A stretch of 64,000 bases of DNA from Sporopachydermia quercuum. Taxonomy: Eukaryota. The stretch spans positions 1,364,001-1,428,000 of the forward strand of contig BCGN01000005.1 of NCBI GenBank assembly GCA_001599295.1, written 5' to 3'. Both the position numbers and the translations under genes were made by a program. Positions 11,238 to 21,988 of the stretch are shown here, in pieces (the first letter of the stretch is position 1; each line of letters starts with the position of its first letter). Below the pieces are notes generated by a model. That model saw only the letters and a program-made list of their open reading frames with translations. It was not told the DNA's origin and made no database searches.

Positions 11238-14200
11238 ATGAGCAGGAGAAGACTCAGGAGTTCTACCTCTGGTATTCCTATAAGTAAAGATGCTGAGTTT
11301 GACAGCCATGAAAGAGAAACCATTCCGACAAAACGGTTGAGATTATCTTTGCCGGATTCACAGGCGGATGNAAGTTCCCCAAAGAAAGCAAGTGGAGTTT
11401 ATTCAGTGTCAGGGACTGAAGCTACACAAGCAGAGACAGCAAAAGAAGAGCCAGATGAAGTAAATTCACCGCAATCAAGATTGAGATCGCGATCATTGAG
11501 AACAACTGCTCGGGTGAAATATAATATCACACAGCCCACCCAATCAGAGTCATGGCGGCGTAGGTCTCAATCACAAAGGAATACAGCACCAGGGAACGTT
11601 AATAAGATTTCTCAGATAGAAAATCTCATTCAGAGTCATGATGAAAAAGTGAGGCTTTTATATTATTTGGAGAATGTTATATCTCTAGTGTATTACGATG
11701 ATGAGGTTATGAAGAAAGAGAAGAGTGATAACTTTGTTGATAACTATGCTGNCCCACATGACCTATGGCATTTATATTCTTCGCATATAAGCGAAGATAG
11801 CAGCACGAGAACTAGTATCACTGATGGAGCTTCTAATGACCACTCAGCTTCTGTTGGAACCAGCAGAAATTCCAGACTAAGGACATCCTCTCGGCGGGCT
11901 ACTGCTGTTACTGTACCTGACCCTATTGTTTCATTACCACCAAAAGTGTTGAAATTGAAACGGGAAATAGAAGCAAAAGGCTCGGAAGCCTCAAAAGCTA
12001 AAACAGGAAACTCCAGTTCAGCATTTTCCTCGTTATCATCGAATACGCATAAAAATAAAAGCGTCGAGCAACGGCAACATCAAACCAAACATAGATATTC
12101 AGATAAATTAGTACCAGCTGCTCCTAGGAAGCCATCGAAGCTCGTTTCTAGCAGTTCGAATAANAAGAAACAAAAACAGCAGACAGGAAATTTGAGGACA
12201 AAACAGGCAGCAAGAAGATCGTCAAGAAGGATCAAAAGTACTGGTAAAAACACATCTGATCAGTCAGACGATGATGCAAACGGCTCACAAGCTGAATCAA
12301 CGTCGTCTGATCTATCTGATTATGATCAACATGGATACATTTCTTCTGTTCATACGTCTGATTACGAAGATATAGATTATGGGGTAAAATCAATCAAATT
12401 CAAGTTCAATGCTCCTTCACCGATATATCCTAATGCNATGTCTGTATTCAAGAAACCGTATCCTTCGTTACCTGCCTATCTTTCCTCGTTTAAATGTCTA
12501 GACGAAGATCTAACCAATGAAGAATTCTCTGCACTTGTAGACAAAAAGATAANGCTTGTTCAGAGATTCCGCGAGGCAGAAAAAAACTCATATTTCTTCC
12601 GTAATTTCAACTCATTAAAACTTTTGTCATCGATCTCGGAAGAAGATCTGAGTCAACTACAATCACAGCAAAATCAGACTCGCAATCCGACTCAAAATCA
12701 AGGCCGAAACCAGAGTGTGCGTCAAACAGCTCAAGCTGTATTTGTAGAAACANCAAACGAAGCATCAACGAGAGCGCTCGTGGCTGATTTGAAGAAACCT
12801 GGTGGTATAATAGCTTATGCTGCACCGACCCATTGGGACCATCTAATTGGCCAAGCAGTGAATTTTTCTAAGCTGCTGGTAGATGAAAGAAAAGTTCATA
12901 TGTCTCAAGCAAGGAAAATTGCAGGTATGATTGAGAATCATTTCAAACGTTTACAAGGTGCCAAAGAACGAGAAATAAAGAATGAGGAAAGAAGAGTGAA
13001 AGCAATTGCTAAAGAGACGGGTAAGCTAGTTAAGAAAAGGTGGACAATGGCAGAAAAAGCATTAAGAATAATGATTCAAATGGGTAAAGAAGAAGACAGA
13101 AAGGTGCAAGGAAAAAAGAAATTAGCTGAAATGTTAGAGAAAAGTAGCAAAATTCTTGAGACTCAATTGGATTATAATAAACGGAAGACACCTGAGGAAG
13201 GAGACGATCATTCTAGCGATGAGGAGTCTGACAAAGGAGGCCTTGCTGTCAAGGAAGCAGATGATGAAGATCTATCAGTTGAACAGTTACGTAAAAAATA
13301 CGCGAAATTGGACTCTGTTGATTTGAATGAAGTATCAGAACATAGTGAATCAAATGATTCAGAGAGTGATAGTGGAATTGATTTTAGAAGTGAAAGCGGA
13401 AATGATATCTTCGAGTCTCACTCTGATCTCGGCGGNGAGTCGGAAGATGACGATGAGCCCGGAACTCTGGCAGCACTATTTAGCAATTCAACCGATTCAA
13501 AACAAAAAATTGAACTTCCAGATATCACAGAATTTGCTAGACAAGAAAATTCAAAATCAAATGTTGAGTCTGATTCTATATTGGATGAATCCGATGAATC
13601 TGATGAATCTGAAAACTCTTCTGATGATTTTTCCGATAGTGAGTCCGGAAGCGATTCCGGAGAAGATAGTGAGAATGAAATCGGTACTTTGGTAGATTTG
13701 GTTAAACCGATCAATGATAAACTGGAAACAATTAATGGGAATGGAGATGTTTCTGAGTTAGAAAGAATGGATGTTGATGACGAGTCTAATGCCGATAAAC
13801 CAGACATTAAAGCAGAAACTAAAGAACCAGATGCTATTAATAATGACTCATTGTCTAATACTGATACCAATAAGATACCTAATGGTAATACTGCAATCAC
13901 CACTGATGACTCCAAGTCTACTAATTCAAATGACACGTCAACTACAAAGCAAAAAGAATCTACTACCAATGCTATTGCTACCTCTCCAAGAGCTTCTCCT
14001 TCTCCCACTCCCGCTTCTGAAACTACTGTCCCTAATGTTCCAACGCCGCATCTCCTAAGGGGAACTCTACGTGAGTACCAGAAACAAGGTCTCAATTGGC
14101 TAGCTAGTTTATACAACTCCAATACCAATGGAATCCTGGCTGATGAAATGGGCCTGGGTAAAACTATACAGACTATATCGTTATTAGCTTATCTAGCATG

Positions 14201-16799
14201 CGAAAAACACGTATGGGGACCTCATTTAATTGTTGTACCAACTTCAGTCATTCTGAATTGGGAAATGGAATTGAAACGTTTTGCCCCTGGGTTCAAAGTT
14301 TTAACTTATTATGGATCTCCAGCTCAACGTAAAGAAAAGCGTAAAGGATGGAATAAGGAGGATACCTGGCATATTTGTATTACATCTTACCAGCTTGTTG
14401 TTCATGATCAAGCGGTTTTTAGAAGAAAAAGATGGAAGTATATGATTTTAGATGAAGCTCACAATATCAAAAACTTCAGATCTCAGCGTTGGCAAGCATT
14501 ACTCAATTTCAACACTGAGAATCGTTTATTGTTAACAGGAACTCCTTTACAAAACAGCATCATGGAATTATGGTCTCTGCTATACTTTCTGATGCCTAGC
14601 AGTAAAGGAACCAATATCATGCCGCAGGGGTTTGCTGATCTAAACGCTTTCCAACAATGGTTTGGAAAACCTGTTGATAAGATCGTTGAAACCGGTAGTA
14701 ATTTAGAGAACGATGATGAAGCTAAGCAAACAGTAAGTAAACTGCACCAAGTTTTACGTCCTTATTTACTACGAAGAATAAAGGCTGATGTTGAAAAGCA
14801 AATGCCTGGGAAATATGAACATATCGTGTATTGCAGATTATCTAAACGTCAGAGATTTTTGTATGATGATTTCATGTCGAGAGCCCAGACAAAGGAAACA
14901 TTGGCTTCTGGTAATTTCCTTAGCATTATTAACTGTTTGATGCAGTTGAGAAAAGTTTGTAATCATCCTGATTTGTTTGAAGTGAGACCTATTGTTACCT
15001 CGCTAGCGATTCAGCAGAGTGTTGCTTGTAAGTATGATCCTACGGAGATATTAGTAAGGAAGAAGCTATTNAAAAGTTTTGATGATAATGTTGTTGATTT
15101 GAAAGCAATGAACCTGATGTCTTTGGTTAATGATAGCAATAAATACACGACGTTTGTAAGTAACTCTATATGCAAACTAGGTGAACCTAAGGATGTTTTG
15201 AAAAAGTGTTTAGAAAGAAGGCGAGAACTGATGGGACTGTCAAATGGNGAGAGTAATTCAAATTCTTTTCCTCCAATTGATCTTTCAACTTATGAAGGAC
15301 ATAAGAAACTACTGGAATATGAACAGGAAATCTCCAACATTGAAAGAATTGAGTCTATAGGGAGAGCAGCTTCAAACGGTAGAAACCAGATTTCTCCTTT
15401 GTACGGTTCAAATGTTATAAACATTGTAACAAGATTAGGCCAAGAGAAGTTCAAATCTAATAAAAGACAGACATTATGGAGAGACTTGAAGCCAATGTAC
15501 AATCTGAAGCTTTCTGTTAAAGATAGAAGCCTAATGATGAAGCCTACTATTGAAACTTTTGGCTGTATTACTCCTAAAGTTATATGTCCTGATCTGGTCC
15601 ATTATGCTATACCTAATTACTATGAGATACTAAGTGAAGTCACAGAATTAGGTTATAGTCTTAATACTAACCATCAGACTAATGAAATGAAGCGCAATGG
15701 AAAACATATCACAACAATTGCTGACTCCATTGCTGGCAATGGTTCTTATCTTCCTTCACCTCCAGACTCACCACCAGAATCCCATGATGATCCTTTCCAT
15801 TTACCACAGGTCAAACTATCAATTGCATTTCCTGATAAACGTCTTCTACAGTATGATTGCGGTAAACTTCAAATGCTGGCAGATCTATTGAGAAAATTAC
15901 AGGAAGGCAATCATAGAACACTTATTTTCACCCAAATGACCAAAGTATTAGACGTTCTTGAACAGTTCCTTAATATTCATGGATATAAGTACCTCCGGTT
16001 GGATGGTGCAACCAAAATTGAAGATAGACAGATAATGACTGAAAGATTCAACCGGGACACGAGGATATTTGCTTTCATCTTATCAACAAGATCAGGAGGC
16101 TTAGGTATTAATTTGACAGGTGCTGATACTGTAATCTTCTATGATTCTGATTGGAATCCAGCCATGGACAAACAATGTCAAGATAGATGCCATCGTATTG
16201 GTCAGACACGAGATGTTCATATTTACAGATTTGTTTCTGAGCATACAATTGAATCTAATATCTTGCGTAAAGCCAATCAGAAGCGAATGTTAGATAATGT
16301 GATTATCCAGGAAGGTGATTTCACTACTGATTATTTCAGCAAGTTCTCAGTGAAGGATTTGATACGTGGCGATGAAGATAATGAAGAAATGCTTGAGAGA
16401 GAAAGAGAAGAAGAAGATCATATCAAAAAGGAGGTGGAAAAAACAGGTGAAGATGTAGATTTAGATTTATCTGTTGTATCAAAAGATATTAAGACCTTAG
16501 AAAAAGTTCTTTTACAAGCAGAAGATGAGGATGACGCAGCAGCTGCAGCTGCAGCAATGAAAGAGGTTGATGTTGATGTCGAAGATTTTGATAGTGGTAG
16601 TAAGACAACGTCTGGAATCGCTGGACCGAAGGAAAACGATAAAAGTAGTAGTGAGAAAGTAGTAAGTAAAGGGGAATTCAATGGTGATTATAAGAATGGC
16701 AATATTAAAGACAAGGAAGATGAGTTTGATGATGATGCATACAATCATGTTGACGAATACATGATTAGATTTATTCGCGATGGTTATTATTATGATTGA
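11238..16799 (+). CDS. SWR1: Swr1 SNF2-family chromatin-remodelling ATPase (H2A.Z deposition)
   Basis: HSA-like region, GILADEMGLGKT, DEAH box, split ATPase with long insertion, IAFPDKRLLQYDCGKLQ and QDRCHRIGQ. Confidence 0.96.
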   Translation: MSRRRLRSSTSGIPISKDAEFDSHERETIPTKRLRLSLPDSQADXSSPKKASGVYSVSGTEATQAETAKEEPDEVNSPQSRLRSRSLRTTARVKYNITQPTQSESWRRRSQSQRNTAPGNVNKISQIENLIQSHDEKVRLLYYLENVISLVYYDDEVMKKEKSDNFVDNYAXPHDLWHLYSSHISEDSSTRTSITDGASNDHSASVGTSRNSRLRTSSRRATAVTVPDPIVSLPPKVLKLKREIEAKGSEASKAKTGNSSSAFSSLSSNTHKNKSVEQRQHQTKHRYSDKLVPAAPRKPSKLVSSSSNXKKQKQQTGNLRTKQAARRSSRRIKSTGKNTSDQSDDDANGSQAESTSSDLSDYDQHGYISSVHTSDYEDIDYGVKSIKFKFNAPSPIYPNXMSVFKKPYPSLPAYLSSFKCLDEDLTNEEFSALVDKKIXLVQRFREAEKNSYFFRNFNSLKLLSSISEEDLSQLQSQQNQTRNPTQNQGRNQSVRQTAQAVFVETXNEASTRALVADLKKPGGIIAYAAPTHWDHLIGQAVNFSKLLVDERKVHMSQARKIAGMIENHFKRLQGAKEREIKNEERRVKAIAKETGKLVKKRWTMAEKALRIMIQMGKEEDRKVQGKKKLAEMLEKSSKILETQLDYNKRKTPEEGDDHSSDEESDKGGLAVKEADDEDLSVEQLRKKYAKLDSVDLNEVSEHSESNDSESDSGIDFRSESGNDIFESHSDLGXESEDDDEPGTLAALFSNSTDSKQKIELPDITEFARQENSKSNVESDSILDESDESDESENSSDDFSDSESGSDSGEDSENEIGTLVDLVKPINDKLETINGNGDVSELERMDVDDESNADKPDIKAETKEPDAINNDSLSNTDTNKIPNGNTAITTDDSKSTNSNDTSTTKQKESTTNAIATSPRASPSPTPASETTVPNVPTPHLLRGTLREYQKQGLNWLASLYNSNTNGILADEMGLGKTIQTISLLAYLACEKHVWGPHLIVVPTSVILNWEMELKRFAPGFKVLTYYGSPAQRKEKRKGWNKEDTWHICITSYQLVVHDQAVFRRKRWKYMILDEAHNIKNFRSQRWQALLNFNTENRLLLTGTPLQNSIMELWSLLYFLMPSSKGTNIMPQGFADLNAFQQWFGKPVDKIVETGSNLENDDEAKQTVSKLHQVLRPYLLRRIKADVEKQMPGKYEHIVYCRLSKRQRFLYDDFMSRAQTKETLASGNFLSIINCLMQLRKVCNHPDLFEVRPIVTSLAIQQSVACKYDPTEILVRKKLXKSFDDNVVDLKAMNLMSLVNDSNKYTTFVSNSICKLGEPKDVLKKCLERRRELMGLSNXESNSNSFPPIDLSTYEGHKKLLEYEQEISNIERIESIGRAASNGRNQISPLYGSNVINIVTRLGQEKFKSNKRQTLWRDLKPMYNLKLSVKDRSLMMKPTIETFGCITPKVICPDLVHYAIPNYYEILSEVTELGYSLNTNHQTNEMKRNGKHITTIADSIAGNGSYLPSPPDSPPESHDDPFHLPQVKLSIAFPDKRLLQYDCGKLQMLADLLRKLQEGNHRTLIFTQMTKVLDVLEQFLNIHGYKYLRLDGATKIEDRQIMTERFNRDTRIFAFILSTRSGGLGINLTGADTVIFYDSDWNPAMDKQCQDRCHRIGQTRDVHIYRFVSEHTIESNILRKANQKRMLDNVIIQEGDFTTDYFSKFSVKDLIRGDEDNEEMLEREREEEDHIKKEVEKTGEDVDLDLSVVSKDIKTLEKVLLQAEDEDDAAAAAAAMKEVDVDVEDFDSGSKTTSGIAGPKENDKSSSEKVVSKGEFNGDYKNGNIKDKEDEFDDDAYNHVDEYMIRFIRDGYYYD

Positions 16800-18203
16800 T
16801 TGAATGAATACAGTTATTGAACATTTCACAAACTATTGATGCAGCTACACAGCGCTTTTATCGGCGACAGATAATGATTTCTTCAAAAGAACCAATACTA
16901 CTCAATTGATGGGTTAATCTATGAGCTTCAATATTGCCTCTGTATCAAAGCTTTCAGCGAGTTTTTCACACAGGTTTCATTCCTGAATTGAATTCAAAGA
17001 GCTTACATGACTTATTCATTCATGTTTCCTATACGTTATTTGTAAACTAATTTTTGATCACTGTCATAGATTCTTTTTTTATGATAGTCCTCATAATGTA
17101 TTATAAGTTTCACGATCACGTTTATTTGAACTCAAGAACAATCAGTAGGAAGAATTAGTAAAATGTGCCTGACTCTCCTTTGAAGAAAGTTTAGAACTTA
17201 AGCACTCTCATCTTCTAATCTTACCATTTAAAGCATCGGTACCTATTTTGGATCACCGAGAGAATAATCAGCGAAACTTCAGTTAATTGAATATTTCATA
17301 GGATATGGTTCATTTCAAGGACATATTCACCATATTATGTGATGGGAATCAGCTAATACTGAACTTGCTAATAAAGTTGTTAGCTAGTGCTAGTTCAATG
17401 TGAATGATGATTTAAAGTTAAAGTTGTCGATGTAATTAGGTAAGATGTAATTAGTAAGGTTAGAGTGTCAGTTGTGACATCATACTTAGGCAAGATTGGG
17501 CTTTTTGTATTCAAGGCCTAAGCGTAGATCAAACTCTCGCTTTCACAATTTGAACAATTAGATGCTATACAGGTGGTTGATGAGGTTCTAGATATGAGTG
17601 TGTGAAATAACAGCTGTCTCACAGATTTCTCGGAAAACTTGTACTAATAACTATAATCGGATTTTTAATAGTTTAAGCTAGAATTTGTGTCTATTATTAT
17701 CCATAACGGTTTTATTCAGGAATACTATTTTATAATCAGTAAAAGGTGGAGATGAATGGAAAGAGTTAAGGTTAAAGTAGTAAACGTTAGGTAGTGAGGG
17801 ACTGGAGTAAGAATTTATTCTTATTTCATTATTAGAACATCATCGAAATGTTCTAATTCATACTGATGTTTTCGCTTGCATAATTCATTCTGATTTGCCA
17901 TTTTTGCTAACAAGGGGTTTATTTTTTCTTCTTTGGAACGAAGAATGTGGAATTTGAAATAGTATAAATGGTGATCCAATTCCTGCTTCTTCCCAACTGC
18001 TTGCTAATAGGAACTAGTTCAAGTTTTCGATGTGATAATTACTGTCATCAGGATATAAACATAACGTGTGATAAGTAGATTGATTAATTCATTAGAGTAT
18101 CCGTTACAAAGATCTATCATTACTTTTATTATTGTCAACTTTCAAGTTTTATCGTCCAATTCATAGATTGACTAGTCAAACAAATAATCGAGCTATTTAA
18201 ATC

Positions 18204-18720
18204 ATGAGTGAACCAGTATGTAATGACTATTCATAGGACTATGACAAATTCGTAGTGTATTACGATATCAAAATGACGGAAGACAGTTTTTTCTAACAAA
18301 TTTATCATCAGGTTCAAGTTTTCTACAAAGGAAAAGATGCCGATTTCATCGTGTTAGGCTCTTCAGCTGAAGCTGTTGAGAAGTTCAGAAAGGATCCTTC
18401 AGTTCCTTTGGTTTCCGCTGTTGCATTATTCAAAATTCTCACCAGTAGAACGGGTGGTTCTGAGGGTATTAAGGAACAAGCTTCTAATTCTGAAGTTGAG
18501 GTAAGTGTGCCTGTTGTGGCAGTCAACTGCCGCTGTGAGTAAATCAACAATTCATCGTGTATCAATGTACTAACATATATTCTAGAATGAATTTGGCGTC
18601 TCTGAAGAAGAAGCTATTAAAATTATTTTAAAAGAAGGTGTCATTAAGGAGAGTGCGAAGGTTGGTGCTAAATCTTTCAATTCAACCAATGATTCTAAGG
18701 GAACTCTAGCTGGGCATTAA
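18204..18720 (+). CDS. RTC3: Rtc3 / SBDS N-terminal-like protein (3 exons: 18204-18215, 18312-18500, 18586-18720; 111 aa)
   Basis: Intron 1 (18216-18311) GTATGT...TTCTAAC...CAG; intron 2 (18501-18585) GTAAGT...TACTAAC...TAG. The spliced frame is open: MSEPVQVFYKGKDADFIV...GGSEG...ASNSEVENEFG...AIKIILKEG...GH*. Confidence 0.9.
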
Positions 18721-21700
18721 AGAAGACCCAACTGTTGTCAACATATAATGACTAATGAAAGACCAAAAAAAAAAATTAATATTAAAATCCTATATAATCT
18801 ATCATGTTAGCATAAAGCAAAGAAATAAATATTGAGTGAAAACTATTTAATTGTTGCACTATATTTGACTATATAGGGTGTAAGATATGATATTCGTTAA
18901 AGGTGATGAACGGAGTTCTGTCCTTCAAGTGGCGATAACTGTGGTGTGATGCTCAAGCAGAACTTCTACTACTACAAACTACAATTCATTCGGGAAACTA
19001 TCCAAAATTAACAACCCCTTGAAGACTATTATGCCTTGGTTGATCAACTTCCAAATATAATCTTTTATGATCTCTATGTATAAGAAATGGTAGTTCTTTG
19101 AAAACAGATCCAAATAATGGAGAATGATGTATGGCAATAAAGTTCGAGCGGACTAGAAACTTTCACCCTTGTTTTCTATGCTTTTTTGTACATAGGTTGA
19201 ATATGATGAGAATGATAAGGATTTTTAATTTTTCTGAAAACGTTGAGCATCCACTGAAGACTTTTCCTTTTGCAATATCAAAGATCTGATTATTAAGTAG
19301 TCAGTTAGTTTTATATGTGTTGACTTTAGCTTTTTTAGCTGCTTTTACTTGGAGCGTTATGTGTGGTTACGGAGTGAAAGAAACAATGGATTTAACTTAA
19401 ATTTAAGGTTTCTGTCTAGTGATGACTATACACCTCCCGTAATGTTTACTGGCATGTTTCAATACTTGACTTACAATATAAATAGTGGTCTACTGATTAA
19501 AATAATCAATATAGCTTTTATAATCCATTTATCATGAAAATAGAACATACTGTCTACAGTCAAACAGTCGGTGTAATGGATTCCTTTCTGAAAGACTGAT
19601 CTTCGTAAAATTAATATATATGCTAAACTCAATTGCAAGTAAGGTTTAAACTTTATTATCTGAGCAAATGAGAACAAATTCGAGAGTACTATTATTGAAT
19701 TCCAGTAAAAATCGATTTCTACTTCATTGAAACCTTCCTCACAATAAACCAACGAAAAAAAAAGTACATTTTACTAGTTTTCTGACCATGACGGATACAT
19801 TCTAGTTTCTCTGTCAACTATACTCCGTAGTCATGTGCCTGTGGTAGAATTATGAAACCTTCATCTTGCAACAAAATTAATCCACTTGCGGACCTTGTTC
19901 AGTATTTCTTTCTCTGGATTTTCTACTTAATATATATCGCATAGTTATAAATTATAAACTAAATACCAAAAGCTTCTGATCTAGGTAAAGAGAGTCCAAG
20001 TTTGTCTAGCCAGGATATGATTCAATCTGAATATCAGGTTTTAGTATTAAAAATGCTAGATTGACAATTGGTTTCGTGAATTATCATATTTAGCATCTCC
20101 CATTCAACTGAATCCATTTTATCATTACTTATGCTGATAATATAATTAAACAATGATTCTGATAAGCAAAAGATGAAAAAATTCGATGATTTTAAGGGAT
20201 GTTGCATCCTTGTGGCAGCTAACAGATTGACTAAACCTATTACAGCGGAAACTCTGACAACTCCTCGATAAAATAAAAAGCAGTGGAACACCAAACAAAC
20301 ACAATAGTTGTGGTTTATCTTCTATAAACCTTCAGTTGTAGAATCTTTCAATAAAACGTAACCTTCTCCACCAGAGAGAATGTCTGATGTCAAAGTCTCA
20401 TAATCTCTATTTCAAGTGAGTTGAATTCCCTCTGTCATGGAAACCGCTTTTCTTCCATTCTATCTATATGTGAAACTACTCAACTCTCTTAATGTGACCA
20501 CCAGCAACCTATTAAGTGATTCAGTATGTCACTGATACAGCTATTGATTATCTACACCAGTCAGAGCCGAATTAATATTGAACCAATTCAAAAACAAATT
20601 GGACTGAAGTGGTAGATAGAATCCATTTTTGAATTGAGTTGGTGGCCCAATAACAAGTTTAATTATGCACTTCAAGTTATTACGTTTAATTGTTAGTGAT
20701 AAGTTAGAAATAAAGCATCGGATCCACAGGTGATTTCTCAAGTCGGTTGCTGCCCAATGGTATAGTAACCTCTCTAAAGTAACGAGTGGTAGACCTTAAA
20801 TTTCAAAACCAAAGTACTGTTGGATCAAATTGTCGTTTTGGCAGGCTAGTGAAGAAGATCAGCCATTCAATTTTAACAATTAAGATGCAATCTGTGCTAC
20901 TACAATGCGGGTCAAGGTACATTGTTTCCAAGAGCAATTATCATTGCATCTCCTAAGGCTCAAAAATATAAAAATATCATATCACTACTTCTAATTATTT
21001 TTGATCTTAAAGAGTATAGTAAAGTATCTAATTGCCTAATAATGGTCATTCTCCCTACGTTATTTGTATAACTTTCTGAGCCTTAATTATGAAACCCTCT
21101 TTCACATTCCCTTACCCTTAATTACCAGCTGCAGATCAAGTGCAACAGAACCACGAAACCATTTATAATGCGTGCACGATTGTAGATAAAGAAGCTGACA
21201 CAATCAGAAAAGAGCATATTCCTATGATTCGCACTCTGAGAGCAATAGAATGAATATCGACCTTTCTTTCACTCGTTCACACTCTTCAAGTAGATCATTG
21301 TAAACATCTTGTAATCCAATTCCCATTGAGCTTGCTTTATGCAGAAGTAAAGTTCACTACTAGTCTATGTACATCGGAGTTTATTTCCCAATTAGACAGT
21401 TATCTATAAACTTTAAATCTGAACTGTGAAGAAGCTTTTATTTTTGTGACTTGATGAAACATCAATCAAACGGGCCATATCAACAAATTAATAGTTGTTC
21501 TTCTTTATTGATATGATAATAATAGGCTATCGATTAATAGATTTAACAAGTTATCGTACGATTGTTCGCTTTATATCTGTGTAGGATTTGATTATTTTCT
21601 TGTGCCTTCTTTTGTCTCTTTAACTCCTGAAAGTAAGTGTCCTTATCATTCCACCGCCGAAATACGCTGGTTGAAGATAAGGTGGATATCAATAGGAATC

Positions 21701-21988
21701 GAATAACTAGCTATTCAAAGACCTGTTGCCAGTGTTACTTTGAAGAATCCATTTATTGAACTAGATAGATGGATAGACACTTATCATTNAATTGGTTTCT
21801 TGCTTTCATCATTGGAAAATACAGTGACTAACTCACGAGAACTAAACCAAAAAGTCTATCAACTTTCCTTTTGAGTGTTGCCTTGTTTTTTTTTCAAGTC
21901 ATTTATTATCTTTAATCCATGAGAAATACAACCAAGTTTTCAATCATACAAAAAATACTTTCTTATCGCCACTACAGTATATCGGAAA

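Noticed and set aside
11238..15250. Scattered single N bases, dense in SWR1
   Set aside because: Assembly ambiguity or heterozygous sites; frames stay open, so these are not evidence of pseudogenisation.
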